Shown here piece by piece: positions 50,185-59,317 of a stretch of 64,000 nt of DNA. The position numbers and the translations under genes were made by a program. The notes below the pieces were generated by a model. It saw only the letters and a program-made list of their open reading frames with translations. It made no database searches and was not told the origin of the DNA. How positions within the stretch are numbered: position 1 is the stretch's first letter; each line of letters begins with the position of its first letter. Source of the DNA: an uncultured bacterium (GTDB lineage: Bacteria; Verrucomicrobiota; Verrucomicrobiia; Verrucomicrobiales; DEV007); NCBI GenBank assembly GCA_963977015.1, contig CAXBMO010000014.1:111784-175783 (forward strand), in the 5' to 3' direction.

Positions 50185-52695
50185 ATGGAGCAACTTGAAG
50201 CTCTTTCGATTCAGTTGGAATTGCCTGATCTTTGGCAACAAGAAGCCGTTCGGTGCCTGCGCGCCGGAAAGAGCGTGGTGATTGATGCCCCCACGGGAGC
50301 CGGCAAGACGTTTGTGTTTGAGTTGCTGGTCAAGTCGGGAGCGCTGAAAGGGCAGGCGATTTACACCGTGCCGACCCGGGCCTTGGCCAATGACAAGTGG
50401 CGAGAGTGGAAGCAGGCAGGTTGGGATGTAGGCATCGCAACCGGCGATTTGGCGACGAATACCGAAGCACCCGTGGTGGTCGCGACGCTGGAAACCCAGC
50501 GGGAAAAGTTTTTGAATCGGCAAGGTCCGGCACTTCTTGTCGTGGATGAATATCAGATGATCGGAGACTCGCGGCGGGGGTTGAACTACGAGCTTGGAAT
50601 CGCGCTTTCGCCCCCGGATACCCAGTTGCTTCTCTTGAGCGGGAGTGTCGCCAACCCGGGAGAGATCGTGGATTGGATGCAAAGGTTGGGCCGGGATGTG
50701 GCGCTGATTCAAACCCAGGAACGGCCGGTTCCGCTCGATGATATCCCCTTGCTCGGGCTGCCATATCGAGCGCCAAACTCAACCAAAGGATTCTGGCCCC
50801 GCGCGGCATTGGCAACGTTGATGTCTGACTTCGGGCCATTGCTCATTTTTTCCCCGCATCGCAAGACGGCGGAGAAGATCGCCGCGCAGATCAGCGAGGC
50901 ACTTCCGTTGTCCAGCCCAATTGAACTGACCCGGAGTCAGGAACAGGCTCTGGGTTCCAAACTGGCGAGGATGGTCCAGAATCGCGTGGCTTACCATCAT
51001 AGTGGCTTGAGTTATGCGCAGCGAGCCGGGATAATCGAACCGTTGGCCAAAGCGGGACAGTTACGGGTGATTGTTGCGACAACCGGGTTGGCCGCTGGAA
51101 TCAACTTTTCCGTCCGATCGGTCTTCATCAGTGAAACCCGCTACTTCGAAGGGCCTTTTGAGCGGGAAATTGCGCCTGATGAGTTGCTGCAAATGTTTGG
51201 GAGGGCCGGAAGGAGAGGGCTCGACGAGAACGGATATGTGCTGAGCGCGGAACGGAGTCCGAGACTGAGCGATGCTCGGCCCAAGCATCTTCACCGGACG
51301 AACGAAATTGACTGGCCAACTCTGCTGAGAGTGATGCACGCGGCAAAGCTCTCTGGTGAATCGCCTTTCAACGCGGCGAAAAAGCTTTGCGATCAGTTGT
51401 TCAGTCGGCAGTCCATTCGCCTGGGGTTTGAGGATGACCAAAATCGGGAAGGAACGCCTCCTCATGAAGCTCCGAAGTCGGACAGCAATTTGTTTGGGCT
51501 TGGTCCAACCAAAAAGGAGGTTCGCAATTCGAAAGGCGAATGGGAAACCGAAGACGCAACACGCTTGGAATTGGTGGTGCTTCGGGAAGCCTGGATCTTG
51601 ACGGCGAAGAAAGGCTGCAAACCGGCACTCAAGGTCGGTGGATACATGCAAACTCGTGTTCAAGAGTTGGGCAGACTTTGCAAACTGCAGCAGGATGGCA
51701 CCGCGATCTATGGGGCGGAATTGGCCGTCGCGAACGTGCTCGGCGAAGACGTTGTCCGGATGACAAAGCGCTGGCGTTCGCTCGCCAGGATTTCGAAGAA
51801 GCAGTCCGACTTGAAGTTTTCAGAACTGGAAGCCTTGATTGGTCCCGTGATCGCTGAGATTGAGCCGGGTGCGGCTTTGACGGATTTGCAAAGGCGCGGG
51901 CGCTCCATCATTGCCAGGGTTGATCTGGCCAACACCCCGGTTGAAGCCTATCAGGATTCACTTGGAAAATGGCTCATCGCCCCGGAACGGCGAACGCTTA
52001 GCCTGGAAGCGGAAACCGGTTACTATGATGCTGAGAAAGATCGTGAATTCCGACCGCCTGCGAATTCCGCCGCCTATGCGTGGCGAAAGCTGGGCGTGGT
52101 CGATGCGGATGGTGGATCAACCCGAAGAGGCCGGATTTTCAGCTTCTTCAATCAAGGGGAAGGCTTTGCGGTTGCCGCCGCTCTTGAAGATGAGACCTAC
52201 CCCATTGATGAATTGGCGTTTCATTTGGCAAATGTTCGGGCAGGCCATCGGTTCGAAAGTGATACCCGCGTTTCAGGAGCGAGCGAGCGTCTGGGCGCGG
52301 TTTGCCGGCAGACTTACGGTCCGGTGGATTATGAGGGATATTTGCGACTGGGATTGCCGGTCGGTTATGGAGAAGGCGCCGCAGAGGTGGTTGAGATGTC
52401 GCTCACCAAAAGCAGAGCCTGGCGGGCTGAGACGACTCGGGAGCTCGGTCAGGGTGATGTGGAAAGAGCCGTTGTCGAATGGTTGAGCCTCCTGCGACAC
52501 ATCAAGAATGCCCCGATTCTGGATTGGGAGCGATGGCTCGCCCTGAAAGAGATTGCCGCTGATCTTCTTGGGAAACATAGCAAAGATCTCCAGCAATCAG
52601 CCGAATTTGCCATGATTGAGCCGCATATTCTTCACCGAAAGGTGCACCATCGAATTTCTCTCAAACAAGCGAACCAGCAACACCATGCCAAATGA
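50185..52695 (+). CDS. SF2 DEAD/DEAH-box helicase, Ski2-like, with long C-terminal extension
   Basis: APTGAGKT, PTRALANDK, VVDEYQ, LSGS, YHHSGL, TTGLAAGIN, QMFGRAGRRG. Confidence 0.9.
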   Translation: MEQLEALSIQLELPDLWQQEAVRCLRAGKSVVIDAPTGAGKTFVFELLVKSGALKGQAIYTVPTRALANDKWREWKQAGWDVGIATGDLATNTEAPVVVATLETQREKFLNRQGPALLVVDEYQMIGDSRRGLNYELGIALSPPDTQLLLLSGSVANPGEIVDWMQRLGRDVALIQTQERPVPLDDIPLLGLPYRAPNSTKGFWPRAALATLMSDFGPLLIFSPHRKTAEKIAAQISEALPLSSPIELTRSQEQALGSKLARMVQNRVAYHHSGLSYAQRAGIIEPLAKAGQLRVIVATTGLAAGINFSVRSVFISETRYFEGPFEREIAPDELLQMFGRAGRRGLDENGYVLSAERSPRLSDARPKHLHRTNEIDWPTLLRVMHAAKLSGESPFNAAKKLCDQLFSRQSIRLGFEDDQNREGTPPHEAPKSDSNLFGLGPTKKEVRNSKGEWETEDATRLELVVLREAWILTAKKGCKPALKVGGYMQTRVQELGRLCKLQQDGTAIYGAELAVANVLGEDVVRMTKRWRSLARISKKQSDLKFSELEALIGPVIAEIEPGAALTDLQRRGRSIIARVDLANTPVEAYQDSLGKWLIAPERRTLSLEAETGYYDAEKDREFRPPANSAAYAWRKLGVVDADGGSTRRGRIFSFFNQGEGFAVAAALEDETYPIDELAFHLANVRAGHRFESDTRVSGASERLGAVCRQTYGPVDYEGYLRLGLPVGYGEGAAEVVEMSLTKSRAWRAETTRELGQGDVERAVVEWLSLLRHIKNAPILDWERWLALKEIAADLLGKHSKDLQQSAEFAMIEPHILHRKVHHRISLKQANQQHHAK

Positions 52696-52881
52696 ATACC
52701 CCAACTAACGAATGCTGAGATCTTACCTGCGGCTGTTTCCGCACCCGCCCCCCAAATTTCATTACCGGCGGCAATGGGATTCAGTCTCCATATTTCCGCA
52801 CCCGATCATGCAATCCGGGCAGCAGACGCTGATCTTTCGAGCGAATCGCCCGATCTGGATGACGCGAAACCAGCGGCTTGG

Positions 52882-54078
52882 TTAGCAGCAACGGCTTCCG
52901 TTGCCGTTGTTGGATACGCGGTCTTCGTTTCCGCTGTCATCCGAACTGGGGCCGCAACAATCGCTGGCCTCTGTGGTAACGCTGTAGTTCAGACCCTTCG
53001 TTGCCCGGGGATGCCGTTCCTCAGTCACGCTACAGTCGAAAACCTTTGCGTCCTTCAACGGAATATTTTCGACTGGATCGACGAATTCAAACATTCCGGT
53101 ATAGGGCTCCTTTTTGTAGAGGTGATAGGTCTTGTCGCAGACGGCGTAGCGTTTGCCGCGATCCATGGCGTGTCCGTCGTCGTCCGTAACCTGCTTGAAA
53201 GGCCCCTTGTAGATGACCGCCTGATTGCGTTCCAGGCAGATGCCTTCCTTGCCCTTGTAGGCGACGACCGTCATGCTGCGAAACTCATAGCCTTTGACTG
53301 TTTGCCATGGCTCTTTTTCGAAGCTGAGAACCTCAATCCCGTGAAAGCCGGCTTCTTCGAACGCTTCGAGGAACTCGCTTTCCTGGAAGGCTCCGGAAAT
53401 GCAACCGCTCCACAAATGGGCGTCGTCCTGAAGCTCTTTGGGAACCAATTCGTCGGAAACAATGTCTGAGATGACAGCGCGTCCACCACGCTTCAGGACT
53501 CGGTAAATCTCGCTGAAGAGCTGCTTGCGGTGTTCCTTGCCAACCAAATTCAAGACACAGTTGGAAACAACAGCGTCAATGCTGTCATCAGCGACCATCG
53601 GCTTCCGGATTCGCATCTCGGCGGCTAATTCTTCGGCTTCGAGAAACGCGTTGGCACTGTCGATCGGCTTCTTGTTGAGCTCCTTTTCAAGTTCGTCCAA
53701 GTCCAACGCCAGGTCTTGAATTCTGCCTTTCCGGAATTCGACGTTTTCGTAGCCAATCGCCTCTCCAACGACCGGCGCGTTCTTCCGGGCGACATCCAGC
53801 ATGTCATCGGTCATGTCAACGCCAATCACTTTGCCCTTTTCGCCGACCACCTGGGAAGCAATGAAGCAGATCTTTCCGGTGCCACTGCCAAGATCGAGAA
53901 CGGTTTCACCTTCCTTGACGTGTTTGCTTGGGTCGCCACAACCATAGTCCTTTTCAATGACCTCGGTGGGAATGACTTTGAGGTATTGCGGGTCGTAATC
54001 AACTGGACAGCAGAGAGCGGGTTCCTGTGCCTGAGCTCCTGCGGCATAGCGTTCTTTGACGGACGATTCAGTCTTCAT
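52882..54078 (-). CDS. SAM-dependent methyltransferase, arsenite methyltransferase (ArsM/AS3MT)-like
   Basis: LCCPVDY, YGCG, VLDLGSGTG, GVDMT, SNCVLNL, WSGCISGA and C-terminal CC pairs. Start placed at MKTESSVKERY (54078). Confidence 0.85.
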   Translation of the reverse strand: MKTESSVKERYAAGAQAQEPALCCPVDYDPQYLKVIPTEVIEKDYGCGDPSKHVKEGETVLDLGSGTGKICFIASQVVGEKGKVIGVDMTDDMLDVARKNAPVVGEAIGYENVEFRKGRIQDLALDLDELEKELNKKPIDSANAFLEAEELAAEMRIRKPMVADDSIDAVVSNCVLNLVGKEHRKQLFSEIYRVLKRGGRAVISDIVSDELVPKELQDDAHLWSGCISGAFQESEFLEAFEEAGFHGIEVLSFEKEPWQTVKGYEFRSMTVVAYKGKEGICLERNQAVIYKGPFKQVTDDDGHAMDRGKRYAVCDKTYHLYKKEPYTGMFEFVDPVENIPLKDAKVFDCSVTEERHPRATKGLNYSVTTEASDCCGPSSDDSGNEDRVSNNGNGSRCC

Positions 54079-54388
54079 AAGTGTGGAATTGGTTTGCGGC
54101 TTGGTAGCGGATGTGGGGACTCTCACGTGTCCATGAGGGACCCGAACCACTGCATTTTGATGATGCGATAAGACTTGTCACTCACTTTCCCCACTTTTCG
54201 CCGGGGAAACAATGTCGAGTTGTCAGTATCATTCAGGTTCTGGGACGCAGCTTTCGTGCATTCCTTACGCCGATGGAATCGCATTCATCCTCGGCCCTTT
54301 TGCCGTTGGGTTTGTGCAGAGTTAGTTAATTTTAAGGAAAAGTTAATTTTCTGTTGATGTTAGGTGTGAGGTATGCGATGAGATATTC

Positions 54389-54898
54389 ATGAGCCATCCA
54401 GATCACGAAGTTTTGGAAGAACACGACAACGATTCCTTCTATCCGGGGAAAATCGAAAGAGCCCCCGAAGGCGGTGGTGTTCTCGGCGCAGAAACGAACG
54501 AAGCGACGCAACTCGAACCCGAAGTGGTCGTCGGCGAAGCGTTTCAAATGGAACCGCAGCCAGGGTTTACCTCAGCGCGGAGATCAGAACCGAACGGTGT
54601 CTCCAGGGCCCGGCCCCATCGTTCGCGCCCATCCCGGCTTGACTGCATTGATGCGTTGGATTTTGCGGATTACGATTCCGAGTCTCCAAAACAAGTCGCG
54701 CTGACGTTGTTGCCGAGTGATTTGAAACTGATTGACGATTTGCGATCAAAGATCTCCGGGGAGCACGCTCAGGAACTCACGGGTGGGGAGGTTGTCAGGC
54801 TCGCACTTCGATGTTTCCAGGCCCGTCCGGCTGGAGATTTGGAGCAAAAGGAATTTCGGCCTCAGACAGAAGAGTCTTCGATGATTCTCACCAGCTGA
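54389..54898 (+). CDS. Hypothetical protein with acidic, probably disordered N-terminus and possible ribbon-helix-helix domain
   Basis: ATG-started 169-aa ORF filling the gap between known genes; KQVALTLLPSDLKLIDDL...LTGGEVVRLALR resembles the CopG/RHH strand-helix-helix pattern. Confidence 0.55.
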   Translation: MSHPDHEVLEEHDNDSFYPGKIERAPEGGGVLGAETNEATQLEPEVVVGEAFQMEPQPGFTSARRSEPNGVSRARPHRSRPSRLDCIDALDFADYDSESPKQVALTLLPSDLKLIDDLRSKISGEHAQELTGGEVVRLALRCFQARPAGDLEQKEFRPQTEESSMILTS

Positions 54899-55081
54899 GT
54901 CCACACCAATTTGATTGAACATAAGTCGAATAACAGGACCGGATTCTCAAAGAACCAAAATCCAAGGGAATAAATCCCGTTTTGCACGCTGCACCAACGG
55001 TTGATTGAGTTTCCGGTCCTTGTTTCGATTTTTAGAAAAATTGAGGTTTGAATTCCGGCGAGGCAGTTCTTGGTTGGGGGA

Positions 55082-56605
55082 ATGAAAACCCCTCATGAGT
55101 CGTTACCAAGTTCCAAAGTCAATCGTCGGACTGCCCTCAAATATGCCGCAGGTTGGGGAGCCGCGTTAGCTTGGCCGAATTCCAAAGTTCTTGGAGCCAA
55201 TGACGATATTCGAGTTGGCGTGGTCGGTGTAAACAGTCGCGGAAATGCCCACCTCAGTTCGTTTGCGGGCGCCGAGGGAGTTCGGGTGGCCGCCATTTGC
55301 GACATCGACCGGAAGGTGCTTGATGATCGTGTCGTCAAATACACCGAGAAGCAGGGTTTTCGCGTTCAAGGCTTTGTCGATATGCGCGAGATGCTGGATT
55401 CCGGCGATATCGACGTGTTTTCAACCGCAACGCCGAATCATTGGCATTCGCTCGCAGGAATTTGGGCCGTCCAGGCCGGGAAAGACGCCTATGTGGAAAA
55501 GCCGATTTCCCACAACGTCTGGGAGGGACGCCAATTGGTGAAGGCGGCCCGCAAGTATGGAAAGATCGTCCAAGGCGGCACGCAAAGTCGATCGATGGAG
55601 CCGATCCAACAGGCGGTCGAATACGTTCGTGCCGGAAACATCGGCAAGATTCAATACGTGAAGGGGCTTTGTTATAAACCGAGGGGCCCGATCGGGCAGG
55701 GCGGTTGGGGCGAAGTGCCGAGCCGGACGGATTACGACAAGTGGTGCGGGCCTGCCGAGCTGCAACTGCCGATGCGGCGGAAGAAGTTTCACTACGATTG
55801 GCATTGGTTTTATGAATACGGAAACGGCGACATGGGCAATCAGGGAATCCACCAGATGGATGTCGCGACCTGGTTTCTCGGGGTGAAGGAATTGTCTCCG
55901 CTGGTTGCCTCGATTGGAGGGCGACTTGGCTACGACGACGATGGCGAGACTCCCAACACGCAGATTGTCTATCATGCTTACGAGGAAGCTCCGCTGATTT
56001 TCGAAACGCGTGGATTGCCGAAAGACAAGGCGTCACAAACCGCGGGGTGGAATGGCAAGAACATGGATCGACCCGAAGAGTTTCCGGACCAAAGCGGTAT
56101 CGCCGTAGTCGTTCAATGTGAGAACGGAAGAGCCTACTGCAGTGCCGGTGGAGCGACCAAGGTGACCGACAATGATGGCAAGGAGATCACGAAATTTGAA
56201 GGGAAAACCGGATCCACTCCGCACTTCGAGAACTTCCTGAAGGCCGTTCGATCCCGGAAACCGGAGGATCTGAATGCAGATTGCGAAGTTACGCATATTT
56301 CGTCCGCGCTTTGCCACACCGGGCTTATTTCCCATCGGTTGGGGCAAATGATGGAGGATAGTGATATCCGGGATCAGATTAAGCAGGATTCGACCCTGAC
56401 TGCACGTTATGAGGCGATGGCTGCTCATCTGGAGAAGAACGAGATCGACATCACCGGCAAAGACAAGAGCGTGGTGATGGGGCCTTGGCTGAAGTTCAAC
56501 CCGAAAACGGAGTGGTTCGAAGGCAATGAAGGGCTCGACGATCACGCCAACGCCTTGGCGACAAGAAATTACCGCGATCCCTATTTGGTTCCGAAGGAGG
56601 TTTAG
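55082..56605 (+). CDS. Tat-exported Gfo/Idh/MocA-family oxidoreductase
   Basis: NRRTALK twin-arginine signal; IRVGVVG, ATPNHWH, AYVEKP, GTQSRS, GDMGNQGIHQMD. Confidence 0.92.
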   Translation: MKTPHESLPSSKVNRRTALKYAAGWGAALAWPNSKVLGANDDIRVGVVGVNSRGNAHLSSFAGAEGVRVAAICDIDRKVLDDRVVKYTEKQGFRVQGFVDMREMLDSGDIDVFSTATPNHWHSLAGIWAVQAGKDAYVEKPISHNVWEGRQLVKAARKYGKIVQGGTQSRSMEPIQQAVEYVRAGNIGKIQYVKGLCYKPRGPIGQGGWGEVPSRTDYDKWCGPAELQLPMRRKKFHYDWHWFYEYGNGDMGNQGIHQMDVATWFLGVKELSPLVASIGGRLGYDDDGETPNTQIVYHAYEEAPLIFETRGLPKDKASQTAGWNGKNMDRPEEFPDQSGIAVVVQCENGRAYCSAGGATKVTDNDGKEITKFEGKTGSTPHFENFLKAVRSRKPEDLNADCEVTHISSALCHTGLISHRLGQMMEDSDIRDQIKQDSTLTARYEAMAAHLEKNEIDITGKDKSVVMGPWLKFNPKTEWFEGNEGLDDHANALATRNYRDPYLVPKEV

Positions 56606-58479
56606 GCTGATTTCTTCCAAGCCCAGAGTTTCCGGCCAGCGGGAATCCCGACCACGAGAACGACGATCGTCAGCATGGTGAGCGCGAACCAATCGCCATA
56701 GCGAGCGTAAACCGTCATGGACGGTTTGGAATCGAGTTTCAGGGTCGCCGGGAAAAAGCCTGCGATAAAGGGGGTTCCCGTCGTCGCATCGCGATAAATC
56801 AGCTGATCGTCAGGGTTTCCGGACGCCGGATCGATGCTGGAGCCGAACCGGTCGATTACGCCGGTAAGGCCGGTGTTGGCGCAGCGGATCATCGGTCGTT
56901 TGAGTTCGATGGCGCGAAACTTGGCGTTGGCCATGTGTTGGGCGTTTGCGCTGCTTTCGGCGAACCAGGCGTCATTGGTGATGTTCATGATCACCTGCGG
57001 AACTTGAGCCTCGTCCTGGACAAATTTCCGGGTGAGTCGTCCCATCGTGTCCTCAAAGCAGATGGTCGGGATGATCTCGACATAGGGATCGCCGAGCTTC
57101 AAGCGGTTGTATTCCGTGCCCGGATCAAAGTCTTCCGGTATCAGCAGACCAAGCAACCAGCCGTAGAGGGGGAGGGCATGGCGAAACGGAACATACTCGC
57201 CGAACGGCACCCGGTGAATCTTGCGGTAGTCATCGTAAATGGTGGTGTTGTTCTGCAGCAACAACATCGCATTGTAGACCTCCCATTCCTTGACTTCCTT
57301 GGAATCGTCACTGGGGCTCGGAACAAAATGCTGGAGGCCGACAATGAAATGAAAGTCGCCCTGGGCCAGGATCTCATTCAGGAAGCGTTGCGTTTTGGGC
57401 AGGATAAATGGATCGGGGAGCGACGTCTCCGGCCAGACGATCAGGTCGAAGTCGCGACCATTGAGCAGCGCCAGATTGGTGAGGCGCTCATAGATGGTGT
57501 AGATATTTTCGAGCTTCTCCTCTCGCTGCGGATCATCTTGCGGAGGGTAAAGTTGGCTCATCGGAATGTTGCCTTGAACCAGCAGGACATCGAGTTCCAC
57601 CGGATCGTCAACCGGGTGCGAGGTGACGGCGTTGACCCCGTAAAAAAAGGAAACCAGGATCAAGACCATCGCGACGGCGAAATCGAGGTGAGGCCGCAAT
57701 TTCCCCTTGCCGACTTCGGCGGCAAAACGGGCGATGGTGGCAACGCCAATGCAACTCACGAAAACCGGCCAAAACGCGAGGCCAGTGACGCCGACGATGT
57801 CAGCGATTTGGACGAGATGGAGCGATTGATGCATGGCAACGCCCAATCCATTCCAGCCAAACCCCGTCAATAGAACGCCCCTCAACCATTCCAGCGCAAC
57901 CCAGCAGGCCGCGTTCAGGAACGCGATCCAAAGGGCGTGAATCGAGGGCTCCAGCAACCCGGGTTGAGCGGACTTCATTACCGTTTTCAACTTTTCAGAC
58001 TGAACCCCGGACGGTGCTTCTTTTTCCTCCGCCCAGGAGATCTTGGCATGGAGGAGGCGCCCGAATGAAGCGGCAAAAGCGCCCCAGGCCGCGAAATAGA
58101 ACGCGAGGTAGGCCGAGAGCACAATCCAGCCCGGCCACGCGACATGGCGGATGAAGGAAATCGAGATCAGGAAAAAGACGAAACCCGAAACCCAGCCGAT
58201 TTTAGCCCCCCAAACCCAGCGAGGCTGGTCTTTCGAGTCGTTGATGAACCAGGAAACGAAGCGAAGCGGAGCCTGGCGAAGCCAATTTTTCCAACCCGGC
58301 TTCTTCTCCACCGTGAACGGCGCCTCATCCATGCGATCAAAGAACCAGATCACGGCGAGAATCGGCCACTGCCAAATCCAGACAAACTGGCCTTGATCCC
58401 AGTTTGGATAGCACAGCGCCAATAAGAGGCCGCTGACAATGGCTGAAATCCAAGGAAGGGCTGGGTGGCGGGTGGTCAT
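56602..58479 (-). CDS. lnt: Apolipoprotein N-acyltransferase
   Basis: Multi-TM N-terminus with EWLRG and GFGWNGLG; nitrilase triad motifs WPET, KIHRVPFGEY, ICFED; ITNDAWF; FRAIE; ANTGLT. Start placed at MTTRH (58479). Confidence 0.93.
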   Translation of the reverse strand: MTTRHPALPWISAIVSGLLLALCYPNWDQGQFVWIWQWPILAVIWFFDRMDEAPFTVEKKPGWKNWLRQAPLRFVSWFINDSKDQPRWVWGAKIGWVSGFVFFLISISFIRHVAWPGWIVLSAYLAFYFAAWGAFAASFGRLLHAKISWAEEKEAPSGVQSEKLKTVMKSAQPGLLEPSIHALWIAFLNAACWVALEWLRGVLLTGFGWNGLGVAMHQSLHLVQIADIVGVTGLAFWPVFVSCIGVATIARFAAEVGKGKLRPHLDFAVAMVLILVSFFYGVNAVTSHPVDDPVELDVLLVQGNIPMSQLYPPQDDPQREEKLENIYTIYERLTNLALLNGRDFDLIVWPETSLPDPFILPKTQRFLNEILAQGDFHFIVGLQHFVPSPSDDSKEVKEWEVYNAMLLLQNNTTIYDDYRKIHRVPFGEYVPFRHALPLYGWLLGLLIPEDFDPGTEYNRLKLGDPYVEIIPTICFEDTMGRLTRKFVQDEAQVPQVIMNITNDAWFAESSANAQHMANAKFRAIELKRPMIRCANTGLTGVIDRFGSSIDPASGNPDDQLIYRDATTGTPFIAGFFPATLKLDSKPSMTVYARYGDWFALTMLTIVVLVVGIPAGRKLWAWKKSA

Positions 58480-58585
58480 GGGTGGAATCTCAATTGACGG
58501 GAATTGGTGGACAGTCAGTGCATAGGAACGCAGGCTTTGCCAGTGTTTACTATGGGTTCGTCCGGAATTGAGACGTCCGCTTAAG

Positions 58586-59296
58586 ATGGAAGCCAAAGCT
58601 GTTTTTTCTGCAAAAGGAGTCACCAAAGTCTATGGTCGGGGTGATGTGGAGGTGCATGCCCTCCGGGGAATCGACCTGGAGCTCTTTGAAAGCGAGTTTG
58701 TCGTCTTGCTGGGTCATTCCGGGAGTGGAAAGTCGACCCTGCTCAATATTCTGGGCGGACTTGATAAAGTGACGGCGGGAACGGTTTACTATGGCCAACA
58801 AGAACTCACCGCCGCGACCGAGCATGAATTGACTCAATATCGCCGGGTGCACGTTGGGTTTGTGTTTCAGTTTTACAATTTGATCCCCAGTCTGACTGCG
58901 CGGGAGAATGTCGCGTTGGTCACGGAAATATCCGAAGATCCGATGACCCCGGAAGAGGCGCTCGGACTTGTCGATCTGGATCATCGCCTCGATCATTTTC
59001 CCGCCCAATTGTCCGGGGGAGAGCAGCAGCGGGTTGCGATTGCCAGAGCGATTGCCAAGCAGCCGGACGTCTTGCTTTGCGATGAACCCACCGGAGCGTT
59101 GGACGTAAGAACCGGGATTACGGTGTTGGAGGCGATCGAACGGGTCAATCGCGAGTTGGGAACGACCACGGCAGTCATCACGCACAACGCCGTCATCGCC
59201 GATATGGCGAATCGTGTGATTTCGCTTTCCGATGGTCGGATTACCGAAGTGAAGGTGATTGAAAACCGCACCCCGGTCGCGGAACTCAAGTGGTGA
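58586..59296 (+). CDS. ABC transporter ATP-binding protein (MacB/LolD-like)
   Basis: [47 protein letters not shown]. Confidence 0.93.
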   Translation: MEAKAVFSAKGVTKVYGRGDVEVHALRGIDLELFESEFVVLLGHSGSGKSTLLNILGGLDKVTAGTVYYGQQELTAATEHELTQYRRVHVGFVFQFYNLIPSLTARENVALVTEISEDPMTPEEALGLVDLDHRLDHFPAQLSGGEQQRVAIARAIAKQPDVLLCDEPTGALDVRTGITVLEAIERVNRELGTTTAVITHNAVIADMANRVISLSDGRITEVKVIENRTPVAELKW

Positions 59297-59317
59297 CTAC
59301 CACGTAGACAGATTCAC

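Noticed and set aside
52774-53469. 231-aa + strand ORF; likewise 56935-57873, 209-1303 and 59297-60076
   Set aside because: Each lies antisense to a well-supported gene and has no motifs.
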